The notes: generated from the letters alone by a model not told the origin. DNA of 34,082 nt from Candidatus Poseidoniaceae archaeon (GCA_028822955.1 JAPKCL010000002.1:1-34082); one strand, 5' to 3'; shown: positions 18,101-25,898, counted from the first letter of the stretch. Made by a program: numbers and translations.

Positions 18101-21100
18101 GCTCTCAAGGTTAAGAGCACTGCAACAAGCAGCCCAGTTCTAACATTGACCAATGGCGGTATCTTGACTGTAACTGTTTCACCAGATACTGGTGCAATCG
18201 GCGCAGTACGTGCAATCTCCAGTTCATACGGTCTACATTTGGATATCGTGAGCGGTTCCCTCATCCTTGATGGTGGAATTCTTCGTGATGTTGCTCAAGA
18301 TTCAACCACTGGTGCCGCTCTTATGATCGGCGAAGGTGCAACCTTGGTCATGATGGACGGTGCAACAATCTACGGTTCATCTACAAGTAGCGATACCATG
18401 TCAACTGTCAAGGTTGATGGCGGTACTATCACTATCGCAGATTCCTCCATCATTAACAATGGACAAACAGGAACTGCACTTTGGGTAGAAGCAGCTGGTG
18501 GCACAATTGAGAATGTAATTGTCAAGAACGCAGCAGTTGGTATTCAAGCCTTCAACGGTGCTCCTCAAGTTGATGGATTCACTTCAACCGACAACGTTGT
18601 TGGTGTCGATGTCTACGGTGGTATGTCACTACCTACCATTTACCGAAGTACACTCTTGAGTGGTCAAAGTACAGGATGGACAACCTACAAGATTGACTTG
18701 TCAACTTACCTGGCTAACGATTACCTCCAAGTTGGATGGAACAGTATCTACGGTGGCGGAAACGCTCACCCAACCTACAACTATGCAACAAGTAAGTACT
18801 ACATGATTACTGACCGATACAACATTGAATTGGAAGATACCAATGGAAACGCCTGGAACATTACCAGTGCAGATCAGTTGGGATACTACCCATACAATGC
18901 TGAAGACCCAGCGTCTGGTGATGGTGCACACGCAACCTACACCGAAGGCGCTGCTGGTGGCGTTCCAAGTTGGGACTGTAACACCTATGGTTACAACTAT
19001 GGTCCAAACTATCCGTCTTCAAACACAGGATACTTCTACAGTATCTGGCAAGCATTGACTGGAACAAATCCTGGATATCCTGGCTACTATCAAGCACCGG
19101 ATCAATTCGGATTTGATTGGGAAAACATCGACGGTGTTAGTCCATCAGGTTCCTACGCTTACTATCCTTACCACTACTGGGGTTACTACTACACCTCTTA
19201 CCACGGTGGCGCAGCAGGTACTACCTTTGCACCTCCTGAAGGATACGCTGGTTCATACAACGTTTGTCTTGACTATGCATACTCATACTACATGAGTGCA
19301 GGTCAAGGTGCTCGTTTGACTATGCCTATGATTGATATCTCAGCAAGTAACCTTTCAAAGGCTTCCTTGTACATCGATGTCCTTCACAACCGTGCAGATA
19401 ACTTCCAAGACCGCTTGGAGTTCGTTGCTCGTGCAAGTAACAGTGTATCGACTCTTATCGACGGAACCTATGTCCGTGAATCTGGAACTCCGCTCTTCAA
19501 GGACGGAACCATCACTGGTGCTGACACTGGTGTCTCAGTTGGTGGCGGATTTGCTGCTGCTCACTTCCAAGACATCACCGTGACGAACCCGACTGATTCC
19601 GGTATGGATATCACTGGTCAAACCGCTTCCACACTCGATGGATTTGATGTGACTGGTGGAAACTACGGTGTCCTCATTGGTAACTCTGCATCCGGTTCAA
19701 TGGATCTTGAGAATATTTCACTTGATGGTCAAGCCACTGCAGGTGTCTACTATGCAAAGGATATCACAGGAACTCTCTCAGGTTCTGTGGTTAACAGCGC
19801 AGGTGCCGCATTCAAGTATGGCCCTAATACCGATAATGATGTTGATTTCAGTAGTATTTCGATTGCCTCGAATGCCGTTGGTATCGAAACATCAGGAACC
19901 GGCGATATCAGTATGACTGATGTCACAATGGCCAACACAAAGGATGTCGTCATCAAGAGTTCAGCCAATGTCGAATTTGTTGAAGGAACAGTTGATTCAA
20001 CTACCGTTGAAGTCACTGGTGCTGGAATGTTTACTCGTATGCGTCAACTCGATGTTACATTGACTGCTGATGCTGCAGGTATTCCTGGCGCATCAGTCAC
20101 TTTACTCGATGCCAATGGAGCTTCCTCCGGAAACGGTGTTACTGACTCAGTCGGTATTGCTCAAGACCTCAAGTACGTTACTGCTACAGTCGATTCTACT
20201 GGATTAACAACGCCTTCATTGGCTGGTTATCAAGTAATGAGTGTTGCCAAGGTTGAATATTACTACAACTCATCCTCGGACAACGTTGCTGATTTCCGCT
20301 ATGCAAAGCAATCAGTTTCAATCACTGACACATCCGGTAACGCAGTTACAGTTCCAATGACTACGAAAATCACTGAACGTGTTTGCTGGTACTCTACGAG
20401 TACTGCATACACAACGGTTGCACCTTGTGCTGCTTCGTTCTCCTCTGCTGGAACTCGAAGCCTCAGCGACGGTGACGGTGGTACAGTTACAGAGTATGGT
20501 TACAGCGGTGGGTTGACAGCAAGTCAATCCAACAAGGTCATCATGCTTGACGTACCTTACTTGTATCTGAAGAGTAACGTGGATTATAACTTCAATGGCT
20601 CGACTCTCTTGTCGACTGGAGCATATGATTTCTACAATACTCAACGCTGGTACAGTAGTTACCCATACGGATCCGGTGTCACTATGAACGACGCTGCTGT
20701 TTACGGTGTTGCATCAGATCCTTCTGATGGTTCAATGTATGGTATTGAGATTGGTTACTACGGTTCTCCAATTGTTAACTTCGAAGCAAACAATACTGTT
20801 TTCTCGAACATTGCAAAGATTGAGATGTCTCATGGATACAAATACTACACTAACTACATTTGGGAAATTGAAGAAGTATCAATTACGAACTCTACAATCT
20901 CTCACTTCCAAGGATATGAGCAACTTAACAATGCTATCCTCGTGTCTGATATTTGTATGATGCTTCGTGGTGGTGACGGTGCAATTGTTTCTGGTAATAC
21001 CTTCAACGATTGTGGTGTTGGTGTAATGCTTGATCGTTCACCATACTACCGCTACCACACTGCGGCAGATTATGGTGCAGACAACGCAACAATTTCGAAC

Positions 21101-24100
21101 AACGTCTTCAACGATGGTGGCGAAATTGCAGATATCTGGCTCTATACCAATGGATTCTCCGATAATGCAGTAATTTCTGACAACGTGATCAACAATGGTG
21201 ACGCTGCAGCAGCTGCAATCGCTGTTTACAATGGTGCGCACACAGGTACTACCATTTCTGGTAACACCATTAACGCTGCAACAGATGGAATCATGATGCT
21301 CTCTGGTGTGGATTACCACATCACTGACAACACCATCAACGGCGCTGGCGACTCTGCTTATGCTGGAATTACAACATCACTTGGATATGGTGACATCGAT
21401 AATAATACACTCGTCGACACAGATGGTGGATTGATTATCGCTGGTGCACAATCAATACCTGCTCCTACAACCTCACTTTGTTCGATTGCAGGTAACTCGT
21501 ATGGATCACTTTCGACCTGTACTGCTGTACTCGCAGCTGGTAAGACAATGTCTGTTAACATTGAAACTGATTCTTGGGGCTATGAAGCAAGTATCGACAT
21601 CGTCAAGCCTGATGGAACAACTGACAGTTGGTCTACCTATACTTTTGGTAGTAACACAGCCTACACGCCTCTGGTTAGCTATACCGCTGCTGGAAACTAT
21701 TCACTGACTCTCCGAGACAGTTATGGTGACGGTGGAACCACTGTCTACATGGTAGAAGGTGGCGCTGCAGGTGGATACTCTGGACCAACGATTGCAGACA
21801 ACAGCATTACGTCCTCCGTTGGACGAACTGCTCCTGGTGCCGTCGGTCTCGTGTTAGAAGACTGTTCAAGTGTTACAATCAACTCTGCTCGAAACGCAAT
21901 AACATTGTCTGACAATGCTATGGTGATTAGTGACTGTGATGTTATTGATTTGGCCTCTGTTCTTACCGGACAAGGCGACTCAATGACTGTTGGTATTGAT
22001 GCAGATGACGTGAATTCCGATTCACTGACTCTCTCCGGAACTATCATTGATGGATTCGCTACTGGTGTTGAAAAGACCAGTGGAGATCTAGTTTTGACCG
22101 GTGATGCAGTACTTTCAGGTGATGATTACGGTGTCTATGTTGATGATGCCTCAGTTATTGCTATCAATGCTGCAGTCAATGGTGGAAACCTAGGAACTGG
22201 TCTTCACGTCGTTGACAGTGATGATGTTTGGGTTTACCCAATGAACGCTTCAGGTTTCGTTGGTATGTACGTCGAAAACTCACCATTCCGTTGGGATGGT
22301 GGCACATCGACTGCTACTACAACTCTCCAAGTTGTTGAATCTCAAGGGTCAGTCGAAAACATGACTTGGTCCACTTCAACAACTCAGATTGATGCTGGCA
22401 GTAACGCATACGTGACTTCGATTGGTAACACAATCGACGCTGCTAAGTTGGTCGTTGCAACCTCTGCAACCATCGATGAAGCAAACTTGTTCACCATGGA
22501 CTCGACTCACTTGACTGCAGCGATTAACCCTGCTACCGATAACGAAGTCTCAATGTTGATTCAATCGACAGACGGAACTCGTGCTTCATATGTCTCAACT
22601 GGTTTCCAACCGGAAGTCATGGCTGTTGATGGTGATGACTCTGACTGGAACGGTGGTAACGCCCTCAACCCATCCGGCTATGCAATGCCTGGTGTTATGA
22701 GTGGAGACGGAACCAACGACATGATGGTAACATACATCGAAGGTGACGACCTCTACATCGGTTTGACCGGTGAAGATCTCTCAACAAGTGATGCACTCAT
22801 CTACCTCAGCGTCGATGGCAGTGGAAGCAGCACCGGATACAACCTCGGTGGCGCACACACATTGCCATTCCAAGCAAACTACGTGCTTTGGGCTGACAGC
22901 GATGCATCAACTGGATATGCCTTGTACAGTTACGGTTTCCTCGGATGGAGTCCAACATCACTCAGCTCTGCTAGTGTTGATGTGTCTTCCTCGAGCACCT
23001 TGACTGAAATTTCCATCCCATTCTCACGAATTGGTGGAACTCCAAGTCAGATTGACATTGTTGCAATCGTTCAGGGAGAGACAACTGCTGATGTCAGCAC
23101 TGTCCACCCAACGCAAGCAATGAATGCATCGAACACTCTACAATCGTTCACTGAATACATGACTGTCGAGCTTACGCACGACGATCTTGCTGATGGTTCA
23201 ATTGATGACGAAGTTCTTGTCTACCGCTCTTACAAGGGCTCAAACACTCCAAGTGTTGCAAAGAACTACGATGTTATGGTCAAGACATCAGCAGACTGTG
23301 CCTATGATTGGGCCGTCGCTACTGACTTGTCACTTGCTACCAACATTGCAATCAGCCTTGACATGGCTCGTGCTTGCCCTGAAATCCAGGCAACACTCGC
23401 TGACATCACTGTTACAGAAGACTCGTCTGCTTACACTTTCAGTCTCACGAACCTTGTTGACGATGTACAAGACCTTGAAGCAGATCTCTCATGGACTTCT
23501 GCAGATGGTAACCTCGTTGCATTCGACAATGTTCTTGTTGACTGGAACCAAAACGGCCACACAGTGACCATCACTCCTTTGACGGACCAATTCGGTACCC
23601 TCGAATATGAGTTTGAAGTCACTGACAGCCACGGTTTGACCGACTCGAAGAACATCTCTTTCGAAGTAACGAACGTGAACGATGCACCTACTATCTGTAA
23701 CGTCGAAGAGAATGATTGTATGCCAATCTTCTCCGTCGACGATATCTTCAACAACATCTTGGCTGAAGGGTTCGGAACACATACCAAGTCTCTTGGTAAT
23801 GTTTCAAACGCTTCCAAGTCCTATGTTCGAGACATGGCAAACGAGCAATCACCTGACCGTCAAGTCTACGATTGGAGCGCATCTGTTGATTCAACATGTG
23901 TCGCATTTGCTGTGGAAGTTGATGCAATGAACTCTCTTGTAATTACCGAGAACAGCTCAAATGAAAAGGGCGGTACCTGTACTGTCACTATGCAATTGAC
24001 TGACAACGGTAACGAGAACACTGCTGCAATACCATTCGATGTCGACTTCTCAGTCGCACCGGTGAATGATGCTCCAGTGATTACTTTGCAAGACGTCGAT

Positions 24101-25867
24101 AGTCAGAACTTGTTCGCCAATGGTGCTGGAGACCGTGCTACTGGTGAAGGAGAATACATTACCATGACTGAAGATGATACCACAGCTGATAACCTCACTT
24201 GGGATCTTCTACCTTTGATGAATGATATTGACCATGATGTACCAGCAGACCTTACTTGGACTGTTGAACCAACCAGTCAGTGTACGTACACCAACTACTT
24301 TACAACAGCAATCATTGGCACAGACCTCGTGTTCTCATTGATTCCAGACGCAACCACAAACGGTTACGATTGGGAAGTTGATTACATGAACGACAACGGT
24401 GTTCACCAATTGCGACCAAGTGGCCAGACTTTCTGTGCCATCAACTTGGTTCTCAAGGATACTGCAACTGCACCATCTCATACACCTAACTATGATACAA
24501 CGCTTATGCCAATCGCTGATTACCAGCAAGGCCAAGATGATGTAGTAATGTACGTCACTGTTGAACGTGTCTCAGAAAATGTCGCTGACTACTCTCTCGA
24601 CACTGTTTCTGGCATTGACTTCAATGAGATCACCAACGTCATGACTGGCACCTTTGTTCCTGTAACAGCGAACATTGACGCTGGTGGCGATGAAGGTCCT
24701 TACAACTACGACCACATGCTTGCAGTGACTTTCCACACGGACGGACACGGTGAAGAAGAGTTTACTCGCTACTACAACGTTCCAGCATACGGAACCAGTA
24801 TCGATGTGAATGAAAATGTGTACATCACTAAGGATACAACCAAGATCGAAGTGTCGATGGATGTTCTGACCTGTTTGAACGACCCATGTGACCTCACAGC
24901 ACCTGCTAGTGAGCGTTTCCAAGTCGATGACCCACAGTCTCACCGCTCTAACAACGGTGGTTCTCAAGGATCTGACTGGTCGAACCCAGGTCAATATGGA
25001 CAGAATGCATCTCAGACCTCTGAACGCCGACCTATGCTTGAAGACAAGTTCTGGTGTAACAACCGTCTTACAACACTCGATCTTGATACTGCTGAAGCAA
25101 ACTCCAACTGGGGCAAGTGTAACGAATACGCTGCAGGCTCAGGCTCATTCGGTGCAACCGGACAAGCTCTACCTAACGTAGTTCGTACCATCGGTGCAAG
25201 TTCAGTGCCTTCGTTTGCTCCAAGTATTGTAGTGGTCAGTCTAACTGGTCTCTTTGTGAGCGCTCTAGCCTTCTCCAGCCGTCGTGCAGACGATGAAGAA
25301 GAAGTTACAGTGAGTCTCGAAGACAATGATATGGCAGTGAGCCCAGTTATTGCAACTATCTTGATGGTTGCAATCACCGTGGTTCTTTCTGGTGTAATCT
25401 ATGTTTGGGCAAGTAGCCTGGCAGATACTGATGTCAAGGGTGTTCCTCGGGTCACTTTTGATATTGAAGATATTGACAGCTTCGATGTTAACAACGGACA
25501 CTGGCGAATCAACGTCCAGTCCGCTGAGACTGACTTAGCAACACAAGCAGTTGAAGTCCGTGTATTCTACGTGGACGGCAACGGTGATGCTCAGACGAAG
25601 ACCTGGAATATGGCAGACACCAACGGCGTGTATGGCTTCAACCCAGCAAACAGTGACTCAATGGTTACATTTGTTGACCAAGTCAACTCCGATGGCGACA
25701 ATAAGGTTTCAACCTTCAATACCGGTGATACCATCTTCGTGCGAACACACGACACAGATGGAACACCTCTTGAAGATGTGACAATTACTCTATCCTACGC
25801 TCCTAATGTAGGTCAAGGTGCGCTTCTGCGCTCTTGGAGTGGTTTGTCATACGACCTTAGTGCTTGA
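12179..25867 (+). CDS. Giant (about 4560 aa) secreted or anchored surface protein: multiple right-handed beta-helix (PbH1/CASH-like) blocks, cadherin-like modules, Tyr-rich segments, a C-terminal TM anchor and a fused pilin-like module
   Basis: This is a single open frame of 13.7 kb. The start is taken at ATG 12179 (MKVNDMLGITNKKKKTVFNGIGVALLLCALMALMPMAG, a signal/anchor); the ORF track uses TTG 12164. PbH1-type repeats include SGNTFNDCGVGV, ISNNVFNDGGEI, ISDNVINNGD, ISGNTINAATDG, ITDNTINGAGD and IDNNTLVDTDGG (about 20990-21450). Other beta-helix-like blocks lie at about 16180-17400, 18050-18625 and 19500-20010. Cadherin-like module ends VNDAP occur at 23675-23689 and 24062-24076. The TM anchor is at 25223-25276. 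Confidence 0.9.
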   Translation: MKVNDMLGITNKKKKTVFNGIGVALLLCALMALMPMAGFVDNNAGDVEFVNTNETTENDFFALPDTKETVEYENEPSEELIGMRDQTTKTFVQEDGDFVQLTHDSPVHFMGDDGAWTDIDLNIKATASGWEVMDNSFTTQFGSEMAYGVAVQVNQFVDPIIVGINPTLMTIDETGTAPQPFEAAPSNDEVTVGGNMIRYPVAEGFAIDYAVENTQLKQNLIISERPVLQPNAAWFGFSEIMQIPSGYALFLGEDMLGEEITQTQDALDIRNIETGELLAQIPSPVVIEDGAEEPYLATYFIQVSGSQVLISTVVETDWLLSDDRVFPLAIDPTIKVYSAGGGYCYKNYNRCYVGNNRYLYTYYSQQRYQPYSRYTFSSSSNLPTGATVESIKVHQRWSYKSGASTTNGVKMSVLEACGAGSSSYGYTIPTGTCSGALATSAYSFSSTQYNSANARKLIVSIFNSNIVDSFTPGSGWKVGEVCTTATSCSSSTSAGYITSAQTASSSVGIGLTFPTSAYLYSYSGHSGSTNSYIAVTYSGGSDTDAPASGFTAYTDVTSYIEGSRTFFTTLTDLSGIDTTSANMPTLNYALDNGSYTSVAATSIGTCAASSSSCQFKATIPTISAGEYVEYYWKFQDLNSGSNGVNVGYDPVLTGTQSTPTPYFFAVEDIEDAGDDKMLRVLTTDVSAGGYAQMSNTNIDRQFTHFDGSDEFYFEFDVSDCGTGSAACWYTAGGNYAYQYDNWAVQHTTIAPAGSYGMSTSSTQRSNIDLLHTRDDGYLTVDAKNGPGMNLLYHFNSGENAFAMVGVGSSPSIDSKLSAGTSADTSNGYGYTDSFIIKLESDSAATANGAETYGGNMGLFAFGNATGGAGTNANRLCVTSNGFTYIMRSPASYRDACRSYYLYGGSSSGAPSYAWSGWALGMGYYGSMAGSGDVTYKIGGVKPLPDTFAPVVDHSGLADSHSTSRTVAAIISDAGDPASGLNVSTTAGVGPTMVYRVTPDGGTTGSWISEVMSPGTGTTRTECVLAACTWSSDIEDLDRGDSVEYYMTSQDVSPVAAGINTVTTTTESFSVGDPNKMFIVEWRDMQYTNNAQRCSYQAVFYDVTNEIEFKYDDACKNSYDAATVGFMDQTRTKGQTIRHSTSTAYLNGANAHTNNYRISTDSGDGSWEAFDRGMTGLVNAESSDIMGSTGGTPSGYYCASGYYWNTWSTKCADNIAMPDGFNFTYFGTDYNHTDSNDRVHLGRHGNMNFISNGATSVVRSMTTWYGNMPQLPYSSSSYARAGLIAPYWSYYGTYYCYQNSGSDCGVYYRTMPFEGKGTDVTSDITQDTTWDLQDSPVRINPTSDYLSISAKLTIEAGTVIQIGANKGISFDGACDQMTINGNSSAHVLFEALDAEWLGMAFTDSCSTGTDDRHVFSYVDFKNTSDAAIAAGSRHGGSPSSNGNVGNFTMDHVTFTDVGSAFAHGSGQGTVVSMTEFSVDGADDSCFDFAENSVVSLTEGDLKNCNTDGGSGNGAIVNVAGSTTGSLFLENTTIQNSYVNLIAVDFGMVTVSNVTATATSAQTGAALDSAAGAGAEVVLFNFDADDYASVSIDAMNTVMMTTVDFGSASMNLFPAGVSTSSATGASGDNAIFDDVTAGNMMMRNLQPGTFKDMSVGDLTITGDPATSAVVDMENLDAGDVTISGCGWNVIASSMTAERLSSNGCSAAANTLVVSDSTLTHTSTTDSVIYARYSDITLGESAVTSTTAGLNNIYLAQADTNSDIRLVAVSQGGSDCADAAGSTGNCDVNVASTSSEVWFGGLATVRTYRMALVSGVATQIFKSGHTVTAAVIDSSSSELFEVGSHITDTATATLGSTSVWVITGDESGNTYVDHNLRAFGPAGQNETMSTDSWYPSTGGFTIGSSIDLLLEPAPVDFDQAGMDCAWMDAYVDPSNGAGLPTNGTTANGNTIFEFDGTPMTLSADLTLDGCQMILKGSALKVKSTATSSPVLTLTNGGILTVTVSPDTGAIGAVRAISSSYGLHLDIVSGSLILDGGILRDVAQDSTTGAALMIGEGATLVMMDGATIYGSSTSSDTMSTVKVDGGTITIADSSIINNGQTGTALWVEAAGGTIENVIVKNAAVGIQAFNGAPQVDGFTSTDNVVGVDVYGGMSLPTIYRSTLLSGQSTGWTTYKIDLSTYLANDYLQVGWNSIYGGGNAHPTYNYATSKYYMITDRYNIELEDTNGNAWNITSADQLGYYPYNAEDPASGDGAHATYTEGAAGGVPSWDCNTYGYNYGPNYPSSNTGYFYSIWQALTGTNPGYPGYYQAPDQFGFDWENIDGVSPSGSYAYYPYHYWGYYYTSYHGGAAGTTFAPPEGYAGSYNVCLDYAYSYYMSAGQGARLTMPMIDISASNLSKASLYIDVLHNRADNFQDRLEFVARASNSVSTLIDGTYVRESGTPLFKDGTITGADTGVSVGGGFAAAHFQDITVTNPTDSGMDITGQTASTLDGFDVTGGNYGVLIGNSASGSMDLENISLDGQATAGVYYAKDITGTLSGSVVNSAGAAFKYGPNTDNDVDFSSISIASNAVGIETSGTGDISMTDVTMANTKDVVIKSSANVEFVEGTVDSTTVEVTGAGMFTRMRQLDVTLTADAAGIPGASVTLLDANGASSGNGVTDSVGIAQDLKYVTATVDSTGLTTPSLAGYQVMSVAKVEYYYNSSSDNVADFRYAKQSVSITDTSGNAVTVPMTTKITERVCWYSTSTAYTTVAPCAASFSSAGTRSLSDGDGGTVTEYGYSGGLTASQSNKVIMLDVPYLYLKSNVDYNFNGSTLLSTGAYDFYNTQRWYSSYPYGSGVTMNDAAVYGVASDPSDGSMYGIEIGYYGSPIVNFEANNTVFSNIAKIEMSHGYKYYTNYIWEIEEVSITNSTISHFQGYEQLNNAILVSDICMMLRGGDGAIVSGNTFNDCGVGVMLDRSPYYRYHTAADYGADNATISNNVFNDGGEIADIWLYTNGFSDNAVISDNVINNGDAAAAAIAVYNGAHTGTTISGNTINAATDGIMMLSGVDYHITDNTINGAGDSAYAGITTSLGYGDIDNNTLVDTDGGLIIAGAQSIPAPTTSLCSIAGNSYGSLSTCTAVLAAGKTMSVNIETDSWGYEASIDIVKPDGTTDSWSTYTFGSNTAYTPLVSYTAAGNYSLTLRDSYGDGGTTVYMVEGGAAGGYSGPTIADNSITSSVGRTAPGAVGLVLEDCSSVTINSARNAITLSDNAMVISDCDVIDLASVLTGQGDSMTVGIDADDVNSDSLTLSGTIIDGFATGVEKTSGDLVLTGDAVLSGDDYGVYVDDASVIAINAAVNGGNLGTGLHVVDSDDVWVYPMNASGFVGMYVENSPFRWDGGTSTATTTLQVVESQGSVENMTWSTSTTQIDAGSNAYVTSIGNTIDAAKLVVATSATIDEANLFTMDSTHLTAAINPATDNEVSMLIQSTDGTRASYVSTGFQPEVMAVDGDDSDWNGGNALNPSGYAMPGVMSGDGTNDMMVTYIEGDDLYIGLTGEDLSTSDALIYLSVDGSGSSTGYNLGGAHTLPFQANYVLWADSDASTGYALYSYGFLGWSPTSLSSASVDVSSSSTLTEISIPFSRIGGTPSQIDIVAIVQGETTADVSTVHPTQAMNASNTLQSFTEYMTVELTHDDLADGSIDDEVLVYRSYKGSNTPSVAKNYDVMVKTSADCAYDWAVATDLSLATNIAISLDMARACPEIQATLADITVTEDSSAYTFSLTNLVDDVQDLEADLSWTSADGNLVAFDNVLVDWNQNGHTVTITPLTDQFGTLEYEFEVTDSHGLTDSKNISFEVTNVNDAPTICNVEENDCMPIFSVDDIFNNILAEGFGTHTKSLGNVSNASKSYVRDMANEQSPDRQVYDWSASVDSTCVAFAVEVDAMNSLVITENSSNEKGGTCTVTMQLTDNGNENTAAIPFDVDFSVAPVNDAPVITLQDVDSQNLFANGAGDRATGEGEYITMTEDDTTADNLTWDLLPLMNDIDHDVPADLTWTVEPTSQCTYTNYFTTAIIGTDLVFSLIPDATTNGYDWEVDYMNDNGVHQLRPSGQTFCAINLVLKDTATAPSHTPNYDTTLMPIADYQQGQDDVVMYVTVERVSENVADYSLDTVSGIDFNEITNVMTGTFVPVTANIDAGGDEGPYNYDHMLAVTFHTDGHGEEEFTRYYNVPAYGTSIDVNENVYITKDTTKIEVSMDVLTCLNDPCDLTAPASERFQVDDPQSHRSNNGGSQGSDWSNPGQYGQNASQTSERRPMLEDKFWCNNRLTTLDLDTAEANSNWGKCNEYAAGSGSFGATGQALPNVVRTIGASSVPSFAPSIVVVSLTGLFVSALAFSSRRADDEEEVTVSLEDNDMAVSPVIATILMVAITVVLSGVIYVWASSLADTDVKGVPRVTFDIEDIDSFDVNNGHWRINVQSAETDLATQAVEVRVFYVDGNGDAQTKTWNMADTNGVYGFNPANSDSMVTFVDQVNSDGDNKVSTFNTGDTIFVRTHDTDGTPLEDVTITLSYAPNVGQGALLRSWSGLSYDLSA
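25205..25303 (+). other. C-terminal-anchor-like tripartite element inside the giant ORF: VPSFAP + about 18 hydrophobic residues + SRRADDEEE
   Basis: VPSFAP (25205-25222), SIVVVSLTGLFVSALAFS (25223-25276) and SRRADDEEE (25277-25303). The architecture parallels the true C-terminus of the 8727..11765 protein. Confidence 0.6.
25331..25867 (+). other. In-frame archaeal type IV pilin-like module (class III signal-peptide-like helix + small beta-rich domain; DUF1628/Pilin_N-like), 178 codons from ATG 25331
   Basis: MA-VSPVIATILMVAITVVLSGVIYVWASS matches the archaeal prepilin/archaellin N-terminal consensus (..SPVI..IL(M/L)VAITV.L...). It is followed by PRVTFDIED...WRINVQ...VEVRVFYVDG, typical of small archaeal pilin-like proteins. 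No stop codon separates it from the upstream giant ORF. Confidence 0.65.
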
Positions 25868-25898
25868 GCTAAACGTATCTGATAAAACCGGATACATC

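Noticed and set aside
12136-25781. Dozens of 60-206-aa ORFs in other frames and on the opposite strand inside the giant gene (for example 12479..13099(-), 14568..15029(+), 23187..23567(+), 24572..24994(-))
   Set aside because: All lie within the single 13.7-kb open frame. Their products are low-complexity and rich in Cys, His and Val, as expected from off-frame reading of a Thr/Ser/Asp/Gly-rich gene. None has start signals or motifs.
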